Origin: a virus | IMG/VR virus record: IMGVR_UViG_3300025770_000656 | Direction: 5' to 3' (one strand) | DNA length: 64,000 nt | Part shown: positions 17,330-27,464 of the stretch, in pieces | Layout: each line of letters opens with the position of its first letter | Position numbering within the stretch: position 1 is the first letter of the stretch | Made by a program: the position numbers and the translations under genes | Notes under the pieces: generated by a model | What the model saw: the letters and a program-made list of their open reading frames with translations, nothing else | Databases searched by the model: none | What the model was told of the DNA's origin: nothing

Positions 17330-18514
17330 ATGTCAGACGTACTATTAGAAAGCCGTTGGGACGAAACTAAGGACGCTCTACTTGAGGGTCTAGACGGAAC
17401 TCGTCGCGGCGCAATGTCAACTGTTCTCGAGAACACACGACGTTATCTCTCTGAAGCTGCATCAAGCGGTGCAACTGCTTCAGGCAACATGGCTACACTA
17501 AACAGAGTTATTTTACCTGTTATCCGACGTGTAATGCCAACAGTTATCGCCAACGAAATCGTTGGTGTTCAACCAATGCAGGGCCCAGTAGGTCAAATTC
17601 ACACACTACGTGTTCGTTATGCAGACAGCGTAAACTCAACAGCGAGTTCACCTTTTGACACAGACACAACAGCTGGTGATGAAGCACTTAGCCCATTCAA
17701 AATTGCTACAGCATATTCCGGTTCTACAACAACTGGTAAAGCTGATAATACAGCAGCTAAAGAAGGTGGCGGCGGAAGCAAAATTTCCATCCAAATCCTC
17801 AAGCAGCCTGTAGAAGCAAAAACACGTAAGCTACAAGCTCGTTGGACTTTTGAAGCAGCCCAGGACGCACAGAGCATGCATGGTATCGACGTAGAAGCCG
17901 AAATCATGGCAGCACTTGCCCAGGAAATTACCGCTGAAATCGACCAAGAGGTTCTAGGTTCACTTCGCTCACTAGCAGCAACAGAAGAGACCTTTAACCA
18001 AGCAGCAGTTAGTGGTACAGCTACTTACGTTGGTGACGAGCATGCAGCTCTTGCAGTACTAATTAACCGTACAGCAAACAAGATTGCTCAGCGCACACGA
18101 CGTGGTTCTGGTAACTGGGCCGTTGTTTCTCAAGAAGGCCTTACAGTTCTACAGAGTGCAAGCACTAGTGCTTTTGCTCGTACAACAGAAGGTACTTTTG
18201 AAGCACCAACAAACACTAAGTTCGTTGGTACACTAAACGGCGCAATGCGTATCTATGTAGACGGTTATGCAAATGACAGTCAAGCAGTTCTAGTTGGCTA
18301 CAAAGGTGGAAGTGAAACCGATGCAGCAGCTTTCTACTGCCCATACATTCCACTAATGAGCAGTGGTACAGTACTAGATCCAGATACATTCGAGCCAGTA
18401 GTTAGCTTCATGACACGTTATGGTTATGTAGAGCTATCTAACACCGCATCATCACTCGGTAACGCCGGTGATTATCTTGGTGAGGTTGCAATGTCAAACA
18501 TTAGCTTCAGCTAA
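17330..18514 (+). CDS. gp23: Major capsid protein
   Basis: VGVQPMQGPVGQIHTLR, KTRKLQARWTFEAAQD, YCPYIP and FMTRYG motifs. Confidence 0.97.
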   Translation: MSDVLLESRWDETKDALLEGLDGTRRGAMSTVLENTRRYLSEAASSGATASGNMATLNRVILPVIRRVMPTVIANEIVGVQPMQGPVGQIHTLRVRYADSVNSTASSPFDTDTTAGDEALSPFKIATAYSGSTTTGKADNTAAKEGGGGSKISIQILKQPVEAKTRKLQARWTFEAAQDAQSMHGIDVEAEIMAALAQEITAEIDQEVLGSLRSLAATEETFNQAAVSGTATYVGDEHAALAVLINRTANKIAQRTRRGSGNWAVVSQEGLTVLQSASTSAFARTTEGTFEAPTNTKFVGTLNGAMRIYVDGYANDSQAVLVGYKGGSETDAAAFYCPYIPLMSSGTVLDPDTFEPVVSFMTRYGYVELSNTASSLGNAGDYLGEVAMSNISFS

Positions 18515-18542
18515 TAGTTGGATTATAGAACCAAACAGATTT

Positions 18543-18566
18543 GGGAGGCTTCGGCCTCCCATTTTT
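18543..18566 (+). terminator. Intrinsic terminator with a C(UUCG)G tetraloop
   Basis: GGGAGGC-TTCG-GCCTCCC followed by ATTTTT. Confidence 0.9.
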
Positions 18567-18568
18567 GT

Positions 18569-18650
18569 GATAAATACAATATCAGCTAAGACTGATTTAT
18601 GCGGTATACCAACCGCGTAGTGGGATAGAACCCTCATAAGGAGAAACAAA
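18569..18650 (+). promoter_or_regulatory. Late promoter plus structured 5' leader of the 18651 gene
   Basis: GATAAATA at 18569-18576; stems ATCAG/CTGAT (18581-18596), TATGCGGT/ACCGCGTA (18598-18619) and GGG/CCC (18622-18633). Confidence 0.55.
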
Positions 18651-19085
18651 ATGGGAAGACCAATTAAAAGCGCAGAAACAGTAGGCGGAACATCAAAAGT
18701 AGCGGCTGCTAACACTGCATTACCAATCGGTTCAAGTGGCCTAAGTGGTAACCAGATGATTATGCAGGCATTTGTAACAAGTGGAAGTGCCAATGCTACT
18801 ACTGAAATTATCCAAAAAGGTAACAAGAAGTTTCGTGTCACTACTTCAGACGGCACAGAAACTTGTGTATTGACCGCAGTAGTGCAAGGTTCATTAGCAG
18901 CAGCACAGTGTCAGATTACTGGTACAGATAGTGCAGGTGGTACTTACTTTGCAAGTCAAATTACAGGACGTCACTTTGTAGTTGGTGCTCTAGGCACAGG
19001 TTCACAATTTGCAGTAGGTGATAAAGCATTGCTTGTTGCATCAGGACCAGTGGAAAATGTAAGTTTATCCGTACCTAACGGTTAA
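18651..19085 (+). CDS. Probable virion structural protein (head decoration candidate)
   Basis: Strong SD AAGGAG; late promoter; Gly/Ala/Thr-rich; immediately follows the MCP gene. Confidence 0.65.
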   Translation: MGRPIKSAETVGGTSKVAAANTALPIGSSGLSGNQMIMQAFVTSGSANATTEIIQKGNKKFRVTTSDGTETCVLTAVVQGSLAAAQCQITGTDSAGGTYFASQITGRHFVVGALGTGSQFAVGDKALLVASGPVENVSLSVPNG

Positions 19086-19095
19086 TACTTGACAC

Positions 19096-19125
19096 TTGAC
19101 ATCATTAAAGGGTTATTGTTATAAT
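19096..19125 (+). promoter_or_regulatory. Sigma70 promoter overlapping a terminator-like hairpin
   Basis: TTGACA (19096-19101; a second copy at 19089), 18-nt spacer, TATAAT (19120-19125); imperfect inverted repeat ending in a T-run at 19136-19143. Confidence 0.6.
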
Positions 19126-19152
19126 AAACAGTAACCTTTTTTTGTGGAAAAA

Positions 19153-19734
19153 ATGAAAGAATTTGCATTTATATTAGGAAATGGTAAAAGCAGACTTGTG
19201 TTTACGCCAGAAGACCTAAGTAAACACGGATCTGTATATGGATGTAATCGTATATACCAAGAACACGATGTAGATGTTCTTGTAAGTACTGACCCAGGAA
19301 TGACACAGGAGATTATTTCTACTGGATATCCTGATAACAAGATACACTACACAAGAGAGAAAGAAATAGCTTTTGGCGGTACAAGCAAAGTACTAAATCC
19401 ATTATGGTCTGGATTTAGCTCAGGGCCTAATGCACTAGCTCAAGCATGTCAAGATGGATTTCCCTACTGTTTTTTAATAGGCATGGACTTAATATCTGAT
19501 ACAAGCTATGTTAACAACTTGTATGCTGATACTAGAAATTATAAAGTTAGTACTGACAAACCTACATTTTCATTGAACTGGGAAAAGCAAGTGTTAGAAA
19601 TACTACAGTATTATCCTAACACACGAGTTATACATGTAAACCCGCTATTACATTACACTCCAGCAGCATGGTTAGACTTATCAAACTGTGAAACAATGAC
19701 AGTAGACCAGTTCAGGGCAATGATAAATAATTAA
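19153..19734 (+). CDS. DUF115/MptE-like (Maf-type) nucleotide-binding protein
   Basis: AFILGNGKSR, YGCNRIY, FSSGPNA and LIGMD motifs. Confidence 0.6.
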   Translation: MKEFAFILGNGKSRLVFTPEDLSKHGSVYGCNRIYQEHDVDVLVSTDPGMTQEIISTGYPDNKIHYTREKEIAFGGTSKVLNPLWSGFSSGPNALAQACQDGFPYCFLIGMDLISDTSYVNNLYADTRNYKVSTDKPTFSLNWEKQVLEILQYYPNTRVIHVNPLLHYTPAAWLDLSNCETMTVDQFRAMINN

Positions 19735-19755
19735 AATACGTATTTAGGTGTAAGA

Positions 19756-20397
19756 ATGGCTAGAATTGAACGTGTAACTGGAAATTTAACTCTTGACCCC
19801 ACTGGCGATTTGGTCGTTTTAAGTGATGTTAATATTACTGGCGACTTAACTGTCACTGGTGCAACAGCTACTATTACCACTACTAACACTGCTATTAAAG
19901 ACAGACAGATTGTTTTAAATGATGGTGAGACAGGTACTGGAGTTACAGGAAGATATGCCGGTTTAGAAATTGAACGAGGCAGTACTGCTAATAGCTTATT
20001 TGTGTTTGATGAAAATGATGACAAATGGAAAGTAAGTACTGACGGCGGTTCAAGCTATAATAATCTTATGGTCACTAGTACATCTGGTTTAACACAAGTT
20101 GTAGACGATACATCACCACAACTTGGTGGAGACTTGGATGTGCAAGGTAATAATATTGTTACAGCTACTAGTAACGCAGATATTAACTTAATACCTAACG
20201 GCACTGGCAGAGTATCAGTAGAAGCTCCAGTAAAACTTAATGATCAATCAGTAGCACCAAGTTCAGTTGTTGGCGCAACATTAATGTATGCTGGAACACA
20301 AGGCGGTGGCGGGACTGGTATTTATTTTAACGATAGCGGCACAGTAGATGAGCTTGTGAGTAAAAGCAAAGCTATCGTTTACGGATTAATTTTTTAA
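19756..20397 (+). CDS. Virion structural protein
   Basis: Thr/Gly/Val-rich; GLEIERG module also found in the fibre genes; LVDDTSPQLGGDLDV-type motif. Confidence 0.7.
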   Translation: MARIERVTGNLTLDPTGDLVVLSDVNITGDLTVTGATATITTTNTAIKDRQIVLNDGETGTGVTGRYAGLEIERGSTANSLFVFDENDDKWKVSTDGGSSYNNLMVTSTSGLTQVVDDTSPQLGGDLDVQGNNIVTATSNADINLIPNGTGRVSVEAPVKLNDQSVAPSSVVGATLMYAGTQGGGGTGIYFNDSGTVDELVSKSKAIVYGLIF

Positions 20398-20409
20398 AGG
20401 AATAAAAAT

Positions 20410-20718
20410 ATGGCAATATCGCAAGCAACATTAGGAACTGGTGCAACCACAATATTTACTTCAAGTGGAAGTAATGCAACCACTGCTATGTTTTTTATGA
20501 ATGATAACGTATCAGCTAGGACACTTAATGTTCATGTTGTTCAAAGTGGCGGAACTGCAGGTACTACTAACCAAATCATCAAAGCAGTTAACATTGACGG
20601 TGGTGACACATACGTTATTAACACTGAGAAACTGGTACTAGGAAATGGTGATACTATACAAGCAAGTGCCAGTGCTGGATCTAGTATCTATGCTACAGTT
20701 AGTCATGTGAGTATCTAA
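20410..20718 (+). CDS. Small virion structural protein
   Basis: 102 aa, beta-rich, SD AAAGGA; lies in the structural operon. Confidence 0.65.
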   Translation: MAISQATLGTGATTIFTSSGSNATTAMFFMNDNVSARTLNVHVVQSGGTAGTTNQIIKAVNIDGGDTYVINTEKLVLGNGDTIQASASAGSSIYATVSHVSI

Positions 20719-21167
20719 TGGCTGGATTTGTAAAAACAAAGAGTACTGCTGACGGTGGTTCTACATTAAAACAATCAGAGCAAGCTATTACGATTCCAAC
20801 AGGCGGTACAGCAAATAGAACATCAGCACCAGTTGCTGGAGAATTTCGCTTCAACACAGATTTAAGCAAAATGGAATTTTATGACGGAGCAGCATTTAAA
20901 ACTATTCCATTTCAAGGAACTTCAGCTATTACACAAGATTCATTTACTGGCGATGGTTCAACAGTAGCATTTACTATGAGTACAAGCGTAACAGGTAACC
21001 AAGAGCAACGTGTAGTTGTAGCAGTTGGTAATGTTTACCAAAATCCAGCAACTGCATATACTGTAGTTGGTACTACTATTACATTTACTAGTCCACCAGG
21101 AAGCAGTGAATCTATTGTTGTTATTCATGGTTTAGACAGCAACGCTGCAACAACTAGCGTACCTTAA
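20718..21167 (+). CDS. Virion structural protein (VrlC-like module)
   Basis: GEFRFNT and FTGDGST..F module; coupled to the upstream gene (TAATG). Confidence 0.65.
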   Translation: MAGFVKTKSTADGGSTLKQSEQAITIPTGGTANRTSAPVAGEFRFNTDLSKMEFYDGAAFKTIPFQGTSAITQDSFTGDGSTVAFTMSTSVTGNQEQRVVVAVGNVYQNPATAYTVVGTTITFTSPPGSSESIVVIHGLDSNAATTSVP

Positions 21168-21261
21168 TACACATTTTCCCTAATGTATAAATAACTATAA
21201 TACAAACCCTGGCACCTTGGATTGTAAATGGTGTACGCAAGATAGCGAAAGGAATCTAAAT

Positions 21262-24105
21262 ATGGCTATTAGTCGTATTGGCGGTAGAGCATTAAAAGCA
21301 AACTTAGAACGAGACTCCAATCTTGCGTTTAATACAACAACATTAGTAGTAGATTACACAAATGGAAGATTAGGTGTAGGTACTGCTTCTCCTTCCCAAA
21401 CTATAGATATAACTGGTAGTGCTAATATTAGTACAGCATTAACTGTGGGCGGACTACAGCTTAAAGATAACAATATTACTACTACTCGTAGTAATGATAA
21501 TTTAATTCTTGATGCAAGCGGTACAGGAAAAATTAAATTACTTGGTGATTTAGTTATTAATGATGGACTTGCCATCAGTGCTATTCTTGATGAAGATAGT
21601 TTTTCTACAAATAGTGCTACTGCATTGGCTACTCAACAAAGTATTAAAGCATATGTTGATGCAGCGGCCGCGCCAAATGGTATGCAAGTACAGTTAGGAA
21701 CTTCTACTGATTCTAGTGTAGTAGATGGAGCAATACAAAGTCTAACTACGACAACATATGTTACAAATGCTATTGATGAATTAAATGAAGGACTAGAGAA
21801 CGTCCGTGCTGATACTTTTGTTAAAAGTACAACATTTACGGCAAATACAACCTCAGGACCTGCTGGAACGGCAGTTACGTTAACAATTACAAGCGTTGGT
21901 AATCCAAACAGATATGATATCACTTGGGGTGATGGAAATTCTACATCAGGTACTACAGATAGTACCCCAACTCATACATATTCATCTAATAGTGGAAGTC
22001 CTTTTGATGTAACAGTAAGAGCATACAATAATGGAGGCAGTGGCACTGGTAGTGAAGCAAGTTTAACAAGAACAGATTATATAACAATCTATACTGCAAC
22101 ACCCGTTGTGGGATTTGGTTTCTATAGAGCAAGCTCAGGTGGTAGTGTACTTTCAGGTAATGATATCTATGTTGTTGAAGGTAATAGTCTTTATATGGCA
22201 AACACAACAACAAACATTGGTGGAGCTACGGTAGACTATACTATGAATTGGGCTGATGGATCTAGCAATGATGCAATAGCTAATGATAGTGCAGCAGGTG
22301 GTACTGCCGGTGCAAGATTATCTCATTCTTGGGGAGCAGGTACAAATAGTGGTACTGGACGAGATACTACTACATTAACATTGAACAACCATAGCACTGC
22401 CGCTCCAGCTGATATTCCTGCTAATGGTACTGTATCATTAAAGGTTTATGATGATTTTCCTGCGGCCCCAAATAATTTAAGTTCAAAAACTATAGCAATG
22501 AATGCAACAACAGGAACGAGTCCAAAACTTTGTTCTGGTTTTACTGAAAACGTTGACGGTTCTCCAGATTATGAGGCAGGAGATACTGTTAACAGAATTA
22601 CAACAGTTGATCCTGTTAGAACTGCATCACAATCGACTTTCTGTTACAATGCCGCCGCCGGTGTATTAACAGCATTAGTAAATGGAGTTGCCGACGGAGC
22701 CATTACCATGTCAGGTAGTGATAATAGCGGTACAACAACAAGTTTAACAATAGAATCAGAGAGTGATTATAATTTATTAGATGCAACTGGAGCAGCTACT
22801 TCTTTTGCGTCAAGCATTTATTATCCAGCTCTTTATTCTGGATTTAAGGCAATTATTAGTAAAGCAACTAGTGGAATTAGCGTAGGTGTAAACAGTTTTC
22901 AATTACAGTCTACATCACCATCTCTTGTAAGAACAAACGATTTAGAATTTGTTAAAGATGATGTAACAGCAACACCAACAATTTCAGGTGCAGGAACATT
23001 AGCAGAAGGAACAGCAGGAACTAAACTATACATTTCAGGAATACCTTATTATTCTGATTCTGGCACAGCACCAAGTTTAAATTTAACTGGAGTTACAGTA
23101 ACTAACTTAACTGGCCAATGTTACTCTGATGTTTCTAATCCAGTTGAAGTTGACGCTGATTCTCGATTAGAAGGCAGTGCAGGTTCTGCAATAGCAAATT
23201 TAGATTTTACATATGCAAATATTGACGGTTCATCAACTATGTTAAGCAGTGGAACACCTACTGTTAACGTAGGAGTTTCTTCAGCATATACACTTGGCAC
23301 TCTTGCTGTTCCAGTTACTACATCAGGTTCAGCAAAAACAGTTAACGAAATTAAAATAAGAGCAAGAAATTGTAATGGTGCAGGTAGCTACAATACTTCT
23401 AGCACAACAAAAATTCAAGTTTATAATGCAGCAACATCTGGTTTTGACAAAGAAGACGGCGGGATTGCAGTAGCAGATGCTTTAGGTTCATCACATGATG
23501 ATGACGCTAAACGCATTTTTGATTTTAATGCAGCTACTACGAACACTCCTGCTTTTAATGGTGCAACAAACTTTTATACTAATAGTGTTTATTCAGCATC
23601 AAGTGATCCTGGGGTTGCGGGAACAAAAGAAGCAACTGTTCGATTTGGTGTAATAAAGTATGATGTAACTAATTGGAGTTCAGGTTATTTGCCTGCAGGA
23701 CCAAATAGAAGTGGTGATACGGGTACGCAATACTTTACATTTGCTTTCCGTAGAGCAACCGTAGCGAACTTTGATATTAATATTACATCGAGTGGTATTG
23801 CAGGACTTTGGATTGCGGCGCCTGGAACTGGTATAGATGACAGTTCAGGATTAAATGGTTGGTTACAGGCAGATACAGCATATGGTGGTAGTGGGCAACC
23901 TGGTAGTGACACAGGTAATAGTGGAAATGGTAGCAATGGATGTGCGTATACGTCTGGTGATAGAATAGCAGCAAGCACAAGCCTTAGTGGCGGTTATACT
24001 ATGACATTAGGTACTGAAAACCTGAGTAATGCAACAGCAAATGTTGCTCTTGTTCGTATTGCTCTTACTAGCGGGCAATCTGTAACCGCATTGAGTATAT
24101 CGTGA
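21262..24105 (+). CDS. Large virion/tail-fibre protein with PKD-like domain(s)
   Basis: Start MAISRIGG at ATG 21262 (SD AAAGGA) rather than TTG 21217; YDITWGDG...PTHTY PKD motif; Ser/Thr/Gly-rich. Confidence 0.75.
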   Translation: MAISRIGGRALKANLERDSNLAFNTTTLVVDYTNGRLGVGTASPSQTIDITGSANISTALTVGGLQLKDNNITTTRSNDNLILDASGTGKIKLLGDLVINDGLAISAILDEDSFSTNSATALATQQSIKAYVDAAAAPNGMQVQLGTSTDSSVVDGAIQSLTTTTYVTNAIDELNEGLENVRADTFVKSTTFTANTTSGPAGTAVTLTITSVGNPNRYDITWGDGNSTSGTTDSTPTHTYSSNSGSPFDVTVRAYNNGGSGTGSEASLTRTDYITIYTATPVVGFGFYRASSGGSVLSGNDIYVVEGNSLYMANTTTNIGGATVDYTMNWADGSSNDAIANDSAAGGTAGARLSHSWGAGTNSGTGRDTTTLTLNNHSTAAPADIPANGTVSLKVYDDFPAAPNNLSSKTIAMNATTGTSPKLCSGFTENVDGSPDYEAGDTVNRITTVDPVRTASQSTFCYNAAAGVLTALVNGVADGAITMSGSDNSGTTTSLTIESESDYNLLDATGAATSFASSIYYPALYSGFKAIISKATSGISVGVNSFQLQSTSPSLVRTNDLEFVKDDVTATPTISGAGTLAEGTAGTKLYISGIPYYSDSGTAPSLNLTGVTVTNLTGQCYSDVSNPVEVDADSRLEGSAGSAIANLDFTYANIDGSSTMLSSGTPTVNVGVSSAYTLGTLAVPVTTSGSAKTVNEIKIRARNCNGAGSYNTSSTTKIQVYNAATSGFDKEDGGIAVADALGSSHDDDAKRIFDFNAATTNTPAFNGATNFYTNSVYSASSDPGVAGTKEATVRFGVIKYDVTNWSSGYLPAGPNRSGDTGTQYFTFAFRRATVANFDINITSSGIAGLWIAAPGTGIDDSSGLNGWLQADTAYGGSGQPGSDTGNSGNGSNGCAYTSGDRIAASTSLSGGYTMTLGTENLSNATANVALVRIALTSGQSVTALSIS

Positions 24106-24114
24106 GGTTAGATA

Positions 24115-25383
24115 ATGGCTATTACTGACACACAAAAAATTGATTATCTTTGGAAAAAGATAGGTTACGCCGCAACTAAAACAGATACAAATGCGAATAA
24201 AAAAGCACCTAACGAAGCCATAGCAAGTCCGCTACCGTTACGTGCTGATAAAGTTTGGAAACTAGCTAGTTCAATACCTGCTACACAACCAGGCAGTAGT
24301 AGTAGTCCTTTAACAGTTTATCCAACATCTGCGCCAACAGAATGTACTGCTGATGTTACAGCAACAACAAGTAGAACATGGAAAACTGGATTAGCTGATT
24401 GGATACCGCCTGAATTTGGTTCTACATATCTAGTAAAAGTTTATGTTCATACTTCAAGTAATGCGGGCTCTGCCGCAGGCAGTGGAGATACATTGTCTGC
24501 AACAGGATCAGGAAATAATGACGAATGGTTCTTTGATTATCAAAGTGGAGTATTACATTTTATTGGTACTAACCTACCTAATGGTATAAGTTTTTCCGGT
24601 AAAAGCGTTTATATAGCTGGTTCAAGATATACTGGTGAATTTGGAGTAGGCGGTGATACTGGTGCATATACGTTTACTGATAACCGCATACAAACAACCA
24701 GTACAAACGAAGAAATTATTATAGAGCCAGCCGGTACAGGTTATGTTGCTATTGATGCATCAAGTGGATTAATTGTACCTGTAGGAACAACTGCACAACG
24801 TCCTAGTGGACAAGCAGGTATGTTGCGTTTTAATGAACAAACATCAGTATTAGAAGTTTACAGCGGAAGTTCATGGGGTAATGTTGGTGCAGGAGGCAGT
24901 ACTGTTACAGTCGATGACTTTACTGGAGATGGAAGTGATACCACGTTCTCACTATCACAAACTGGATCAGCTGGCAGTGTGATTGTTAGCATAAACGGTG
25001 TTGTTCAAGAAACAGATACATATGGAATTAGTGGAACTACATTAACGTTTAGTGAAGCACCAGCTAATGGTGACTCAATTCAAACTAGAAACTTTTTTAG
25101 TGGTGCTACAGTCAATGTTGCAAAACTACAAGACGCTGACGAAGATACTAAGATACAAGTAGAAGAAAGTTCAGACGAGGATACTATAAGATTCGATGCT
25201 GCTGGTACTGAAATAGCAACGATGACTAGTAGCAAAACAGAATTTGCTACCGCAGTTCAATTAGCAAGTTTGACAACTACTCAGCGTAATGCACTTACTG
25301 CTGCCAATGGTATGGTAATTTATAATACTACAACCAGCAAATTCCAAGGATATGCTGGTGGATCTTGGGTAGACTTCCATTAA
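24115..25383 (+). CDS. Virion structural/fibre protein
   Basis: EWFFDYQSGVLHF, PVGTTAQRP, FTGDGSDTTFSL and DTKIQVEESSDED modules, the last three shared with 29061-32885. Confidence 0.75.
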   Translation: MAITDTQKIDYLWKKIGYAATKTDTNANKKAPNEAIASPLPLRADKVWKLASSIPATQPGSSSSPLTVYPTSAPTECTADVTATTSRTWKTGLADWIPPEFGSTYLVKVYVHTSSNAGSAAGSGDTLSATGSGNNDEWFFDYQSGVLHFIGTNLPNGISFSGKSVYIAGSRYTGEFGVGGDTGAYTFTDNRIQTTSTNEEIIIEPAGTGYVAIDASSGLIVPVGTTAQRPSGQAGMLRFNEQTSVLEVYSGSSWGNVGAGGSTVTVDDFTGDGSDTTFSLSQTGSAGSVIVSINGVVQETDTYGISGTTLTFSEAPANGDSIQTRNFFSGATVNVAKLQDADEDTKIQVEESSDEDTIRFDAAGTEIATMTSSKTEFATAVQLASLTTTQRNALTAANGMVIYNTTTSKFQGYAGGSWVDFH

Positions 25384-26432
25384 GGAACAGTTAACTCGGT
25401 TGTTATAATTGTTTTTAGTATAACTACATTCCCAACATTAGGAATATTTCGTAATATTTGCACTTCAATTTCTGCTAATGGTCTTACATCGTCCATTGCT
25501 TTACCTAAATCTTCAGGCCTGTTAATAACAACGCCGTTGATTTTTTGAATTATATCGTTTTTTCTAAATCCAGCCAACGCCATAGGCCCTCCCTCCTCAA
25601 CGCCATTAATAATAACTAATCCAGTGGTTTTATCTAAAATAAATGCTAGTCCTAGTTTTCCTCTTTTAACCTTGCCTTTTTCAATTAAAGTGTTAATAAT
25701 TGAAACTGCACGATTACTAGTAACACTAAAATTAACACCAATGCTTCCAGTATGATTTGGACTTAAAATAAAACTATTAATACCAATAACGTTACTATTA
25801 GCATCAAGCAAAGGGCCGCCGCTATTTCCCTGATTTATACTAACATCTGATTGAATAACTTCTTGCCAAGTATTTGCAATACGTTTTTTAACTGAACTTA
25901 CAATTCCTTGTGTAATAGACCATTCTTGACCAAGTGGATGACCAATAGCAATTACTTGCTCACCTTGCACTACGTGGTCGCTGTTTCCAAACTTTAAAGG
26001 AGTTAATTTTTCTAAAATAGTTTGACCTTCTGTAGTTTCCATTTTTAAAACTGCAATGTCACTAACCTTATCTGTGCCTACTATTATTGCTCGATGTTGT
26101 TTTAAATTATTTTTAAAACCAATATAAAGCGCAGTGTTTGGTGCGCTATTAGCAACATGATCATTAGTAATTAAGTATTTTATGTTGTTGATTGAAACAA
26201 CAAAACATGTACCAACTCCAGTAGTTGGAACTGATTGGTGCTGGTATAAGTTTGGCAACTTAAATTTTTCAAATGGATTTTCACTATTACTCTTACTGTC
26301 AATAACCACAGTTTCTTGCGAAAACTCAACTAAACATACACTGTCAATAGTATTCTTAACAACATCCTTGAAACTATGAGCACTAACATTACTTGAGTAA
26401 GAAAGTGCCAATAGCACGACCGCTGCTCGCAT
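25380..26432 (-). CDS. HtrA/DegP-family trypsin-like serine protease with PDZ domain and signal peptide
   Basis: Catalytic triad TNDHV, DIAVLK and GNSGGPL; PDZ GKLG...GDII-like (NDIIQKING); signal peptide MRAAVVLLALSYSSNVSA. The track start is 26447; ATG 26432 is preferred. Confidence 0.9.
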   Translation of the reverse strand: MRAAVVLLALSYSSNVSAHSFKDVVKNTIDSVCLVEFSQETVVIDSKSNSENPFEKFKLPNLYQHQSVPTTGVGTCFVVSINNIKYLITNDHVANSAPNTALYIGFKNNLKQHRAIIVGTDKVSDIAVLKMETTEGQTILEKLTPLKFGNSDHVVQGEQVIAIGHPLGQEWSITQGIVSSVKKRIANTWQEVIQSDVSINQGNSGGPLLDANSNVIGINSFILSPNHTGSIGVNFSVTSNRAVSIINTLIEKGKVKRGKLGLAFILDKTTGLVIINGVEEGGPMALAGFRKNDIIQKINGVVINRPEDLGKAMDDVRPLAEIEVQILRNIPNVGNVVILKTIITTELTVP

Positions 26433-26679
26433 CAAATTGGTCCACATACTTGTTAATCCTTTTCTGTTTTACACTAGATTGTTGTGCTATAACATAATGG
26501 TTACAGTTAGAACAACAATGCATTTGTGTAGGTTTAAATTTCTTACTAGTTTTTTCAAACTCAGAACCGCATCCGTCACACTCTAATACGTAAATTTTTT
26601 GTCTAGTAGTTACTTGTTCTTTTTTATTATTTTTATAACGATTATGAGTGTTTGATTTATAATAAGTTGTTACTAGCAT
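26389..26679 (-). CDS. Small zinc-ribbon protein
   Basis: CDGC...CCSNC motifs, basic composition. Confidence 0.6.
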   Translation of the reverse strand: MLVTTYYKSNTHNRYKNNKKEQVTTRQKIYVLECDGCGSEFEKTSKKFKPTQMHCCSNCNHYVIAQQSSVKQKRINKYVDQFDASSGRAIGTFLLK

Positions 26680-26743
26680 TATATCCAGTATTTAGCATGC
26701 GGCTTCATAGCCTATGTAAATAAATACAATATAACACCTGTAG

Positions 26744-27454
<711 letters not shown>

Positions 27455-27464
27455 GGAGTAACCA

